Positions 10,213-21,660 of a stretch of 34,444 nt of DNA are shown one piece after another. Below the pieces are notes generated by a model. It was not told where the DNA came from. It saw only the letters and a program-made list of their open reading frames with translations, and searched no databases. Source of the stretch: Octopus bimaculoides. Taxonomy: Eukaryota. Made by a program: the position numbers and the translations under genes. Location of the stretch: positions 8,292,057-8,326,500 of the forward strand of contig NC_068992.1 in assembly GCF_001194135.2 (NCBI RefSeq), in the 5' to 3' direction. Each line of letters starts with the position of its first letter. Position 1 is the first letter of the stretch.

Positions 10213-10680
10213 TTTCTTGCTTGCTTCAGTTCAGTTTTTTTCTTCCTGTCGTTCTATTCTCGTAATCATCTTTTTGTTATTTTCCTATAATTTATTGTAT
10301 CTTTCTTTATTCTTTGTCTCCTTTTCAGGTCCTTTTTTTAAAAATCTTTTTGAGCTCTTATTTTTTTTTCTTTGGTTTTTGCTTTTGTGTTTCTTTCCGT
10401 TCTTGTCTTCTTTGTCTCCATTCTTCTTGATCTTGTCATCTCTCATATTTCTTGCCATTCCTCACCCTCTCTAATTCCTAACCATTTCGTTCCTACTCTT
10501 CCATTGTTTGACATTCCTCTCTCTTACTTCTCCCCATTTCTCTCTTAATCTTCCATTTCTTTACGCTCCCTCTTTTATTCCTCCCCATTTCCCTCCTACT
10601 CTTCTCTTATTTTCCTTTCTTTTCCACTATATCCTCCTCATATCTCATTCTCCAATAACCCCACTTCTGCCTTTTCTTTT
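10213..10680 (+). repeat. Low-complexity pyrimidine-rich tract
   Basis: About 470 bp of mostly T/C on the plus strand with no fixed period. Confidence 0.8.
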
Positions 10681-10932
10681 TAATATAATCTACAGATTAT
10701 ATTTCTATAAAATCTCTAGAAGACATTAAAAAAATCTTCTTAATGGTCAACATTTTGTCTGTTCTTTCTCCGTCCAGCAAAGAGACATTTAAAGTTTTAT
10801 TTTATATTCTCGAAGACAATCGCAATGTTCGGATAACAGAGTGACAATATTTCACTTTTCCTATCTTAAGTACATATTCTGCTCTAGACACTGCGTTTTA
10901 GTTTATTTATTTATTTATTTATTTATTAGCCA

Positions 10933-11327
10933 AGGTACAGGCATGGCTGTGCGGTTAAGACGCTCACTTTACAACTTCGTGGCTTCGGGTTCAATCGCAC
11001 TGCGTAGCACTCTGGGCCAGTGTCTTCCGTTGTAATCTGGTTCCTACAAGTGCCTTGTGAATGAAATTGGTAGAGAGAAACTACATGGAAGCCTGTCGTA
11101 TATGTATAGATGTGTGTGTGTGTGTGTGTGTGTGTTTGTGTTTGTGCCTGTGTTTGTACTTCGTTACTGCATGGAACCTGGTGTTGGTTTCCTTACGTCC
11201 TCGTACATTAGCAGTTCGGTACTAGCGACTGATAGAATAAGTACCAGACTTCAAACATAAGTCAATTTGCTCGACTAAACCCTTTAAGGCGATGCCTTCA
11301 CGTGGCTACAGTTCAATGACTAATCAA
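10933..11327 (+). mobile_element. SINE family C, near full length, decayed, with internal (TG)n
   Basis: Head GCATGGCTGTGCGGTTAAGA..GGTTCAATCGCACTGCGT, CORE-like GGGCCAGTGTCTT, internal (TG)n, then GATAGAATAAGTACCAGACTT. Confidence 0.8.
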
Positions 11328-11499
11328 TTAAACTTTAATTAGTAAAGGATGAACCAAGAGAAGTAATACCAATTAAGTATATTTGCCAAAGGAAAGGTGG
11401 TAGGTGATTCTTAGTCAGCATCTAGCCTTGGAGCTAAGTACGCATCTAAAATTAAGTCACTTGATGATACTTGGAGATAAAACAGATCGATCGAAACTT

Positions 11500-11844
11500 G
11501 GTCGTAGGATCGCGGTTTCGATTCCCAGACCGGGCGTTGTGAGTGTTTATTGAGCGAAAACACCTAAAGTTCCACAAGGCTCCGGTAGGGGATGGTGGCA
11601 AACCCTGCTGAACTCTTTCATCACAACTTTCTCTCACTCTATCTTCCTGTTTCTGTTGTACCTGTATTTCAAAGGGCCAGCCTTGTCACACTGTGTCACG
11701 CTGAATGTCCCCGAGAACTACGTTAAGGGTACACGTGTCTGTGGAGTGCTCAGCCACTTGCACGTTAATTTCACGAACAGGCTGTTCCGTTGATCGGATC
11801 AACTGGAACCCTCGTCGTCGTAACCGACGGAGTGCCAACAACAA
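11500..11844 (+). mobile_element. SINE family A, copy A2, 5'-truncated before the B box
   Basis: GGTCGTAGGATCGCGGTTTCGATTCCCAGACCGGG through GGAGTGCCAACAACAA. Collinear with the other A copies. Confidence 0.9.
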
Positions 11845-11921
11845 ATGTATACATACATATGAACGTAGCAGGTAACAGCTAACCTTTGGGCGCTGTTTTG
11901 GACCTCGTTGTGTCTACCACT

Positions 11922-12058
11922 CTGATTGGTTGGTATTGGTGCAATTTGTCTCTTACTCTATCGCGCACCAATATGCAACCTAACCACTCGCAGCCTCCAA
12001 ATAAATCACGTAAGACAGTCTGTTCTAAACACTATTTGAGCCTACCGTTAGCTATAAA
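11922..12058 (+). promoter_or_regulatory. Candidate Pol II promoter: Y-box, CCAAT and TATA-like box
   Basis: CTGATTGGTT at 11922-11931, ATTGG at 11935, CCAAT at 11968 and TATAAAG at 12053, within a CpG-retaining unique segment. Confidence 0.25.
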
Positions 12059-13921
12059 GAAACTCACCTCCTCCTAGTCTCGGAGTCTGTTAGTTCCAGA
12101 CCCTCTAAGACCTAACCACTGGCCACATTACAGCGACCTCCATCTTCGTCGCCAACATCATGTCTCTCACCAACGTCGTCAACAACATTTCTACACAGCA
12201 CCGACAACACTGTACAGGTTCTAACATATCGCTGTTCGTGAGTTTCCTCGCCAGGGTTAACAGAAAACATACAACCCACGCAGTTGCATGTAGATATATG
12301 AATAAATGTCCATCATCCACTTCCATTTATCATTCAGCTTGTGTATATATACGTGTGGCCGGCATTATAAACATTTAAAGTCACCACCTTGTTCCATGTA
12401 TTTCTTTATACCGTGTTCCTGTCAAATGATATTACAGCCTTCTCAGTAGAATCACATTAGATGGAATACAACCAATTCTTCTATAATTTCTTTGATAAGA
12501 GCTATGTCATTGCCACGCAATTTTCAGAGAAATAATACGAAGGTGGCTTCCTGTTGCCATCCTTCGGATATCTTTTTACTAGACGCCATCTTTTTAACCA
12601 GATACACACAAATTTACCGCATCGGTTTGGAATCTCAAAACGTATACAGCTAAAACTGAAAACAAATATAGCAAGGCGCTTTGTCAGATGTTCAAACAAT
12701 TCCTTCAGTCCAACGCTCTGGACTGGTAATTAATTCTATCGACCATGGGATGATAGAAGGAAAATTTACTTGATTTAGGTTTTAAACTTAGAACACAAAG
12801 TGCTAGAAAATACATCCACCACTCTTGTCTCAATAAACTCTCCTGTGTATAGACTGATCTTGCTATAATTCTCGTTTAGAACCATTGTAATTTTACTTAC
12901 AGCTTTTTATGTCCTCCAGAAAGGCATGCCACCTCTCCACATTCATTCTTCCGCGTACCTCCTCTGCGCATTCATTTAAATTTCTCTCTCTCGCTCTCTT
13001 TCTCTCTCTCTTTCATCCCCATCTACTCCCTCCTTTCCTTCCTCTCTTTATTCACCCTTTTCTCTGTATTCCAACTTTTTCTATCGTGTGCCTTTCCCTC
13101 TTCAAATAAATAACTAATTAAATTAAATGAATGAATAAATATCACTAACTCCATTCACATTCCCACCAAGACAATACATCATATTTTTAATTGCGTTTTA
13201 CAATATAATTAATGTTTTTTTTTGTTCTCCCTAATATAATGTTGTTCTTGTTATTGTTGTTTCCTGTCTTCCGTTAAGCCACGCTATCTCAAGCGTAGAT
13301 CGCGCTGGACATCGCTGAGTTACACGCATGCGTAACTAGACGCGTAATTTCATTTTCGTACATACACACAAGTGCGAAGACAGCTACGCATAATGACACG
13401 CACTTTCTTTCTATTTCTCTCTTTTCTTCATTCTTTCCACCCCTCTCTCTTTCTCTTTCTCTCTTTCTTTGTCTCTCAGTCCCCCCCCNNNNNNNNNNTC
13501 TCTCTCTCTCTCTCTCTCAAATCTCTCTCTCTCTCTCTCTCTCAAATCTCTCTCTCTCTTTCTCCCTCTTTCTAACAATCTATCATAATCATTACAAAAA
13601 TGTCGATTTAATGACTGAAATTCAATTAAAATTCTGTAAATGATTAATATTTTGATGTTCGACAGGCACAATTTCCTGTGCCTTTCATCTTCAATATACC
13701 ATACTAACGTGTGACGATACTATTAAACCTCGTGTCGCAAGCGAACTCCTAAAATACATTAAGATATAACGTCACTGAGCAAGAACGAATTCTGCCTTTT
13801 GGTCAGTGAGGAATGTGCGTGCGTGCATGTTATGTCGTTTGCCTGTATGGATTGGATTAACTTTCAGAGACCTATCTTTTAGGTAAATGCATGAAATAAT
13901 AATAATGACTACATACATACA

Positions 13922-14012
13922 TGTTGAAATTCCAATGAAGGAGCCTTAGATCTAGGTTAGAAGACGGTTCTTTCTCTATTGGCAAGAAATCTTGAAATAA
14001 ACTGAATAATGA
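13922..14012 (+). mobile_element. R4/Dong-like LINE, extreme 3' UTR fragment
   Basis: TGTTGAAATTCCAATGAAGGAGCC..CTATTGGCAAGAAATCTTGAAATAAACTGAATAATGA matches the 3' ends at 1181-1240 and 14460-14555. Confidence 0.8.
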
Positions 14013-14050
14013 CATACATACATACATACATACATACATACATACATACA

Positions 14051-14555
14051 ACTACCCAGCGGATGTTAACATAGGGTTAAAAATCAGCGAAAAAGAAAAT
14101 AACTACGCTGAACTTTTGAGAAATCTGCAGTTACTCTATCCAGATTACAAGTTCAGGTTCATACCTGTAATTATTGGGGCCCTGGGATATGTAACACACT
14201 GCCTAAATACCAATCTTGAGAAATTAGGCTTCTCAAAACCAGAAAGGAGAAAGCTGATTCGAAGGCTACAGATCCAAGCCATCCCTCGAACTGGGAAAAT
14301 CTGTAAAACTTTCCCGATGTTTATATATAAGTATATATCCGCATGTCTAGACATGCAGCTATATGCATGAAAATACACACATAGAACAAAGCATACACAT
14401 CTGCACATGCAGTGACTCCAAATACTGCACAGATACATGCATACAAAAATAACCTTTTGATGTTATTGAAATTCTTATGAAGGAGCCTTGGATCTAGATT
14501 AGAACCCGGCTCTTTTTCTATTGGCATGTAATCTTGAAACAAAACTTAATAATGA
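14051..14555 (+). mobile_element. R4/Dong-like LINE, 5'-truncated copy (RLE C-terminus plus 3' UTR)
   Basis: The frame from 14053 reads YPADVNIGLKISEKENNYAELLRNLQLLYPDYKFRFIPVIIGALGYVTHCLNTNLEKLGFSKPERRKLIRRLQ. The (C)PADxNI..EK..Y and IPVIIGALG motifs are typical of RLE-clade elements. Confidence 0.85.
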
Positions 14556-15239
14556 CATACATACATATCCTGAGCATTTACTCTCGACAGATTTCTAATT
14601 CCTACAATGACCATGATCACTAACGCTTCTGTCGACTTCACTAGCTCAACTAAAACTTGTTCTTTCCGTCAAAAGCTTCTCGAAAACCGCCATTAGCACT
14701 ACAACCACCAATTGTTGATGTTGTGGTTGTAGATGGTATGAGCCAAAGCCTAAACAATTTCTACTGTGCCAAAACACCATGAATTTAAACACATAATAGG
14801 AGTTAGTTAAGAATTAACAAGATCAAATAGTTTTTGTAATGCTGAGAGAGAGAAAAAAAAGGCAGTAATATCTAATTTGGAACTAAGAGATCATACAAAT
14901 TATCTTGGCTTCCAGCAGATATATTCCTTGTTCGTACATGATTAAGTTGAATATATGAAGTGTGTGTGTGTACGCATGTGTAGCTATATGTGCATGTGTC
15001 AGTGTGCGTGCATAAGAGAGAGAGAGAGAGAGAGAGGGGGAGGGAGAGAGAGCATGCGTGTCCAAGTGAAAATGTATGTGTGAGAGAACATGTGTGCGTG
15101 TAAGGGGTAATTTGTGCGTGTATGATTGAGAGAGAATGCCTGTGAGAGCGAGGTATAGAGAGGGGTGTGATTGATCATTTATTCTCATTACGTTGTTTCT
15201 GAATGGCGGTGGAGGGTATGATCTTTAAAACAAGAGAAT

Positions 15240-15540
15240 GCATTGCGATATTCAATTTACGCTCTATTGCATTCTGAGTTCAAATCCTGCGGGGGTCAAC
15301 CTTCCTTTCATCCTCCCGGAGTCATGTACTGGGTCGATATATTCGTTTGAACCTTCCCCAAAATCTATGATAGAATTTATATTGATTTAAGGCATAATTG
15401 GCAGAGCAAGCGGACAAAATTCCTTGTTGTGATTCGTTCGGCCCCTTTACTTCCTGAGTTCAAACCCCAGCAAAGATGACTTTGCCTTCCATTCTCTCGA
15501 GATCGGTAAAATCAAGTGTAATCGACAACACCCTTTCCCT
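15240..15540 (+). mobile_element. Two decayed family B SINEs in tandem
   Basis: CTGAGTTCAAATCCTGCGGGGGTCAACCTTCCTTTCATCC and CTGAGTTCAAACCCCAGCAAAGATGACTTTGCCTTCCAT. Confidence 0.6.
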
Positions 15541-15876
15541 TCGATGTGTGGCTTGTCTTGCAGTTATGCTGCAAGCCTTTATTATATGAGTCAATAAGAG
15601 ACCTAAGTAGTCACACAATATACTTGAAGGTACACACAAATATCCTTCGAATTACATGAGACCGTCTTCAGTGAAACAAGTAATGATACTTCTAGTAAGG
15701 TTGTCTTAGATACATCGAAAACAAATGACTTATTGCCACAGCTAACTTTATTATTAAAGTTCACCTGAGCCTAAACAACAAACTACAACAACCATTGTGT
15801 TGCATTTTCACGCCGGATGTTTTAGTTGATTCCATTTCTTCACTGATACACGGTTTATCCGACACTTTTTGCATGT

Positions 15877-15967
15877 AAGTAACAGTTGCGCACTGGGGTC
15901 GATTTAATCGACCAAGTCCCTTCTCACCCGCCAGATACTGGCCTAGTGCCAAACTTTGAAACCAATA
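15877..15967 (+). mobile_element. SINE family B, 3' fragment
   Basis: AAGTAACAGTTGCGCACTGGGGTCGATTTAATCGAC..GTGCCAAACTTTGAAACCAATAT. Confidence 0.75.
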
Positions 15968-16235
15968 TATAAGCTATCTGATGTATTAACTAATACATAC
16001 TTTATCTGATTCGTATATTAATTCATACATATTTTATACGATATTTATTCGATACTTATCTTAAATGTTACACATTCCGTTTTATCCTCGATGTATTGCA
16101 TACATGTGTTATATGATATTTTGTTTTAATTAAACATGTTTTATCTGATACTTATTTTATCATATACATATTTTATATCCCTATTCATTTTAGATTATAC
16201 TTATTTTACGCGATATTTATTTTACATATTATATT

Positions 16236-16322
16236 CTCTTTCCTTTCCTGAGCGTCCAATAATACTATCCATATCACGTCCTCACTTTGTTGTTTTTTTG
16301 TTTTTTTGTTATTGTTTTTTTG

Positions 16323-16330
<8 letters not shown>
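16236..16330 (+). mobile_element. Penelope-associated terminal fragment ending in (TA)n
   Basis: CTGAGCGTC at 16248-16256 and GTCC..TTGTTGTTTTT..CTATATA are shared with the minus-strand element at 33459-33607. Confidence 0.5.
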
Positions 16331-16357
<27 letters not shown>

Positions 16358-17077
16358 ATCTCCATTATATATCATAAATCCTGTATACTTTATCTTGCAT
16401 TTCTTTTATATGATATTTATATTTATTGATTATTCTGATACATATTTCATTTTATACTTTATTTAATACCTATATCATATTCTTATTTTCTTAGTATTCA
16501 TTTATCTCATATTTATTTTATCAATCATCAGTGGCCGAGGTGCTTAAAATAAAATCACTACGCCAATGTTAGAAATGGCCTTCTGTCTAGTCTTTGAACT
16601 GTTGTTATACTGGGTCACTGCCTTCTGGGATTTTAGTCTATTATATCGATCCAAAACCTTTGTCTGGCGCTTAGCCGTTCGATAAATAGATTTCGATTAA
16701 ATTAGCCAATATGAGGTCAATATTATGGGATAAATCCCCCTGAAAGCAGTGCTGCAGTATGGTCGTAGATAAATTACTGAACCTGAAAGAGAAGAATGCA
16801 TGAAAGCAAAAGAAGACCGTGTTTGAAGTAGATTGACAAATGAACTGAAAAGTGCATTAATGATAGTTATTGTGGTGTAATGAGGAAATATTTGTGGGAA
16901 ACGGATGCACAAGCAGCAACAATATGTGTGTGTGTATGGAAGTGTATACTCATGTGTGTGTGTTTATATAGCATATATATGTATATATGTGTGTATATAT
17001 ATATTTATTTATATGCATGTGTGTATGTGTGTTTGTGTATATAAGCATACATATATATATACACACACATATATGTA

Positions 17078-17127
<50 letters not shown>

Positions 17128-17534
17128 GGGGGAGATAGAAATAGATAGATAAATTGACAGATAAACAGGCAGGCAGACAGACGGGTTTTATATGAAACTT
17201 ATATGAAAATGTGTAGACNNNNNNNNNNNNNNNNNNNNNNNNNNNNNNNNNNNNNNNNNNNNNNNNNNNNNNNNNNNNNNNNNNNNNNNNNNNNNNNNNN
17301 NNNNNNNNNNNNNNNNNNNNNNNNNNNNNNNNNNNNNNNNNNNNNNNNNNNNNNNNNNNNNNNNNNNNNNNNNNNNNNNNNNNNNNNNNNNNNNNNNNNN
17401 NNNNNNNNNNNNNNNNNNNNNNNNNNNNNNNNNNNNNNNNNNNNNNNNNNNNNNNNNNNNNNNNNNNNNNNNNNNNNNNNNNNNNNNNNNNNNNNNNNNN
17501 NNNNNNNNNNNNNNNNNNNNNNNNNNNNNNNNNN

Positions 17535-17598
<64 letters not shown>

Positions 17599-17620
17599 TG
17601 TTTGTTGGCTTACAGCATTT

Positions 17621-18637
17621 GTAGCTGTTCTACCTTTTGTATGCTCCAATGAAGGGTAACATTCAATGAACTGCTTTCTGAGGTCCGAATGTGTATGAGG
17701 AGACGAAATTCATTAAAGCGCATGACAACAAAGCTTTGTCATAAAGTATTCTCTGCGAATATACATAAAAATAATTTTAATGGTCGCACCAGTATCACGC
17801 GCGAAGAAAGAGCCAGACATCCGACTGCATCCTGTGCAAAAGTCAATATTAAACGAATCTATATCACGATTCTTTTCTAAATAAGAAACAAATTAGTCAT
17901 GTTTTCCTCTATGAAATTACCCACTACACACTTAGCTTTAGAAAACTTTGAGTAAAACAGATCCCAAAACAGCTCACGAAACTGCATAAACTAAGCTGTT
18001 TTGAACTGTCAATGACACTTTTGATAGCCTTAGTAACGAAGGTGACGCCTTCTAGGAAAACTAAATTATCATTAGTGTCAAAATATAGCTACAGCACCAC
18101 GTGCCTATGATTAAAGGCTGGAATATAAAACACAAGCATATATAAGTTGACCGTTTAAGAAGACTTCAAGACCCCAGCCAACATCAATGAAACTGCCACT
18201 AACAGATTTTGGAATATATCTGCTGGAAGACCAATACGGAACATTAACGGGGGGAACTTGCGCAATAAATAATTTTCATTGAAGCGAGATGTTACATTAC
18301 AAAGTAAAACCACAACTTAATGCAAATGGCGAGGACTTCTGTCGATAGACGTTGGGTTGTTTTATGACAATGCTCATCCCATACTGTTATAAGAACGACC
18401 ATGACAGTCCTCATGTTGCACGTGCTGTTTAATTTCCTCCAGAAACTTGAATTTGAAGTAATGAAGAATCCTATACAAGCATAGACATGGGGGCATGGTT
18501 AAGAAGTTCGCTCTGCAGTCGTGTGGTTTTGGGTTTAGTCCTATTGTGCAGTACATTGGGCAAGTGTCTTCTACTGTAGCTCTGGGACGACCATTGCCTT
18601 GTGAATGAAGTTGGTAGACGGAAACTGTGTCCTTCGT

Positions 18638-18679
<42 letters not shown>

Positions 18680-19093
18680 ATGCATGTGTCTTTGTGTGTG
18701 TCTCCCCACCGTTTGACAACCGCTGTTGCTTTGTTTATGTCGCCGTAACTTAGCGGTTCGGCGAAACAGTTCGATAGAATAAGTAACAGACTTCAAAAGG
18801 AAAATTACTTGATGGTGGGTGCGTCGATTTGTTCGGCTCAGCGTTTCCAGGCGGTGCCGCTGCATGGCTGCTCTGCATTGACTGTGACTAATGCAAAATA
18901 AGAGATAAAAGACACTCCTGAACGTGTCCGTTCGGACCATCACCTGGAGAGGTGGCGGGTTTGCTACGGACACCAAGAAGTTTATATGTGACTCATGACT
19001 CAGCTGAAAACAATTATATTCATTTATTTACTGAAAGAATAAAGAAGTTGAGATGGACCAAGCATGTTGAAAAGCGAAAGAATTATAAATTGA
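17621..19093 (+). pseudogene. Decayed mariner (DD34D-type) transposase, interrupted by a SINE
   Basis: Ordered degenerate motifs: FL.SE..EIH (about 17675), NGRTSIT.EE (about 17780), ISH..YEI.H..L.F.K....PKQLT (WVPK equivalent, about 17960), NEGDAF..II (DETW region, about 18040-18100), KWRGLLS..V..YDNAHP (18366), LQKLEFEV..P (YSPD region, about 18470). After the SINE: FGP..RG..FATD.QEV and RWTKHVEK. Many stops and frameshifts. Confidence 0.85.
18483..18912 (+). mobile_element. SINE family C nested in the mariner relic
   Basis: TGGTTAAGAAG..TTGGGCAAGTGTCTTCTACTGTAGC..(TG)n..GATAGAATAAGTAACAGACTT..AAAATAAGAGATAAAAGA. Confidence 0.85.
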
Positions 19094-19451
19094 TGTTTTC
19101 GTACTTTTAAAACATTGAAGATCTCCATTGTTGTAGAAATATAAAAAAGCAAAATTGATCTTTGACATTGTTCTTCTCGGGAGCAAAATAAGCAGCAAGG
19201 ACATGGTCAACGTAACAACAATGACCACTTAATTGAGATTACACATGAACTAGCACCTTGGTGACTAGAGGGGGTTCGCGTCCAACAAACGCGAAACTAA
19301 TGTTTCCATCAACAGGGAGAAAATTATAAATGGATGGCGGATAATTAATGTTACACACTAGAATACATACATGCATACATACATATACACACAGTATATA
19401 TGTATGTACATGTGTATACATCTGTGTATGTATATAGTATATATGCGCGTA

Positions 19452-19501
<50 letters not shown>

Positions 19502-20040
19502 GCTTGCGAGACATTTATAAGCGGATATATATATATATATGTATAGTGTCAAGAAGGGTAGACCAGAGATAGAGAACAGAGAGGGTATTTATTGATTCCC
19601 TGTGACCAAGAACCAGAAATTGTGATTATGATTTAAGAATTAATTTCATTCGATACATTTCAACCTCCGCCATGCTTAATTAGTTCAGCTAATTAGTATT
19701 GAATTCAACTTGTTATTTTGCACTGCATTCGATTATAATCAAATTATTGTGTCTGTCTTTATATGCAAAATAATGAGAAACAGGTTAACGAGAGAGAAGA
19801 GCTTCTACGCGATCGCTTGACCTGCTACGAATAGCGGCCCAATCTCCCATAACTTAGACTCTTTTGCCTGGAAGAAAAGTACAGAGTGGACGCGCTCGTG
19901 TATATAAAAGAGGGATGTGTTTGGCTGGAGCGCTTTTATTTATATTCCAGAGATTATCGAGTTATTTGATGAGAAGAACGACGTCTAATTTTTACGTTCG
20001 AATCTACGTTTTATTCATTTTGTTGTTTTTACTTGCGGTC

Positions 20041-20372
20041 GTGCTTATTCTATCGGTCCCTTTTTGCAGAGCCGCTAATTTACGGGTACATAACCGAACC
20101 AACACCGAATGTCAAGCTATGGTTGAAGACAAACACAAATACACACACACGCACTCTGACGCACATGCACACACAGACGTATTTATATTTATATATGTAT
20201 ATGTATATACGATGGGCTTCTTTCAGTTTCCATCTATCAAATCCTCTCACAAGACTTTGGTTGGTCTGGGGTTACAGTAGAAAGCACTTGCTCAGGGTGC
20301 CACGCAGTGGGACTGAACCTGAAACATTGTGGTTGGGGAGAAAACTTCTCACTACACAACCACGCCTGCACT
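20041..20372 (-). mobile_element. SINE family C copy lacking its 3' end
   Basis: Reverse complement of head GCAGGCGTGGTTGTGTAG..GGTTCAGTCCCACTGCGTGGCACCCTGAGCAAGTG through GACCGATAGAATAAGCAC. Confidence 0.85.
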
Positions 20373-20581
20373 TAAATATAATTTTAAAAATTACATTTAT
20401 TAGAAATAATAGTCACCTACATAATTTCACTCTCTAAAAGAAGAATGATTAATATTTTTCGAAGGTTTTTTTTATTGAATTTTCATGTTTGCACTTAACA
20501 CTTTAAAAATTTGGTTGGTATGATGTCAAAGCTGTTTCAGAAAAACAGCACTGGAACCTAATATTATTCCGGGAGCCATAC

Positions 20582-20665
20582 GTAAGAGATTTGAGAACTG
20601 CATGCAGCTTCGAACCGTAAATTGACTTCTGTTGGTGTAGGTCTTTGATCGGGATTGAACTGGAA
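20582..20665 (-). CDS. Candidate 84-nt phase 0-0 exon (FQFNPDQRPTPTEVNLRFEAACSSQISY)
   Basis: Acceptor CTGCTTAG| and donor TAC|GTATGG. NPDQRPT..EV resembles kinase subdomain XI. No other support. Confidence 0.18.
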
Positions 20666-21331
20666 CTAAGCAGCACCAGAAGAAGTATCTTTGTTGTGCT
20701 TGCATGCATACGTCACTTCTAGATGACATTATTGATTTAGACGTTCTTTTTAAACTATGGCAGCTAGCTGAATTTCCTTTTGGAAGTATATAAAGTAGAT
20801 TGTCTCGACTCAGCACATTACAAGAATTTCTTTTATTGATTCCAGAGAGATAAAACAGCAAGTTTGGTTCCAACGATGTCTCAGCTTATAATGTTCTGCT
20901 AAAAATTGTATCCGATAATTAGATTTCACAAGCGATTTAAATTTCTTTCTGCACGCGTATATGCAAAAAAAATATTATAGGTCCATGAAGATGTATATTA
21001 TGTAAATTATATTTAATATACATCCATAAATATAGAAAGTGTATGTATAGCACAGACATTTATTCAAATGCGCGCGCTCACACATGTACACACACATACA
21101 TGTGAATTTATCTGTGTGCGTGTGTCTATATGGATATTGGTATATGCGTGTATGTATGTATGTATGTATGTATGTATGCATGCATGCATACATAGTTTTA
21201 TCTTGAGATATTTATCTCTGATACTTCATAGTAAGGCATAGATTATATTGCTTTGAACTATAACTAATGGAGTAGATCCGTTCATGGTAAAACCTCTGAG
21301 GTCAGTAGATTTACCTCTCTCTTTCATTTAC

Positions 21332-21424
21332 CAGATGTGCTTCGAGAGCAATGTTTCCTTCAGGAGAAAGATTTTGAGTCCCAAATAGGGGTAGGGTGTC
21401 TTGAAGATACTGATTTATGTTGAT
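21332..21424 (-). CDS. Candidate 93-nt phase 0-0 exon (ININQYLQDTLPLFGTQNLSPEGNIALEAHL)
   Basis: Acceptor TTCATTTTAAG| and donor CTG|GTAAAT. Open only in phase 0. Confidence 0.18.
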
Positions 21425-21660
21425 CTTAAAATGAACCATATTGATGGGTACTTCGCTACTTTAAACACACACACACACACAAATATATTAATGTTTATTA
21501 ATATGATATCGTTTGCATAAACAATTTAGCATTTAATTGAAAGACCACTCAATACTTTTAGTAACACTACATGAGAACATGTTTCATTATAACAAGTTTC
21601 ATTCAGATTTAATATGTGATTTTGTGTACATGCAAGAAATCATTATCAATATTCTTGTTG

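Noticed and set aside
14618-14707. ORF starting MTMITN, like lacZ-alpha
   Set aside because: Similarity stops after a few residues and the DNA differs; coincidence rather than vector contamination.
14699-14732. 10-bp stem hairpin CTACAACCAC / GTGGTTGTAG
   Set aside because: About one such stem is expected by chance in 34 kb, and it is too short for a pre-miRNA.
19890-19990. TATATAAAAG box and a short acceptor-led frame IIELFDEKNDV*
   Set aside because: Isolated motifs that are common in AT-rich DNA.
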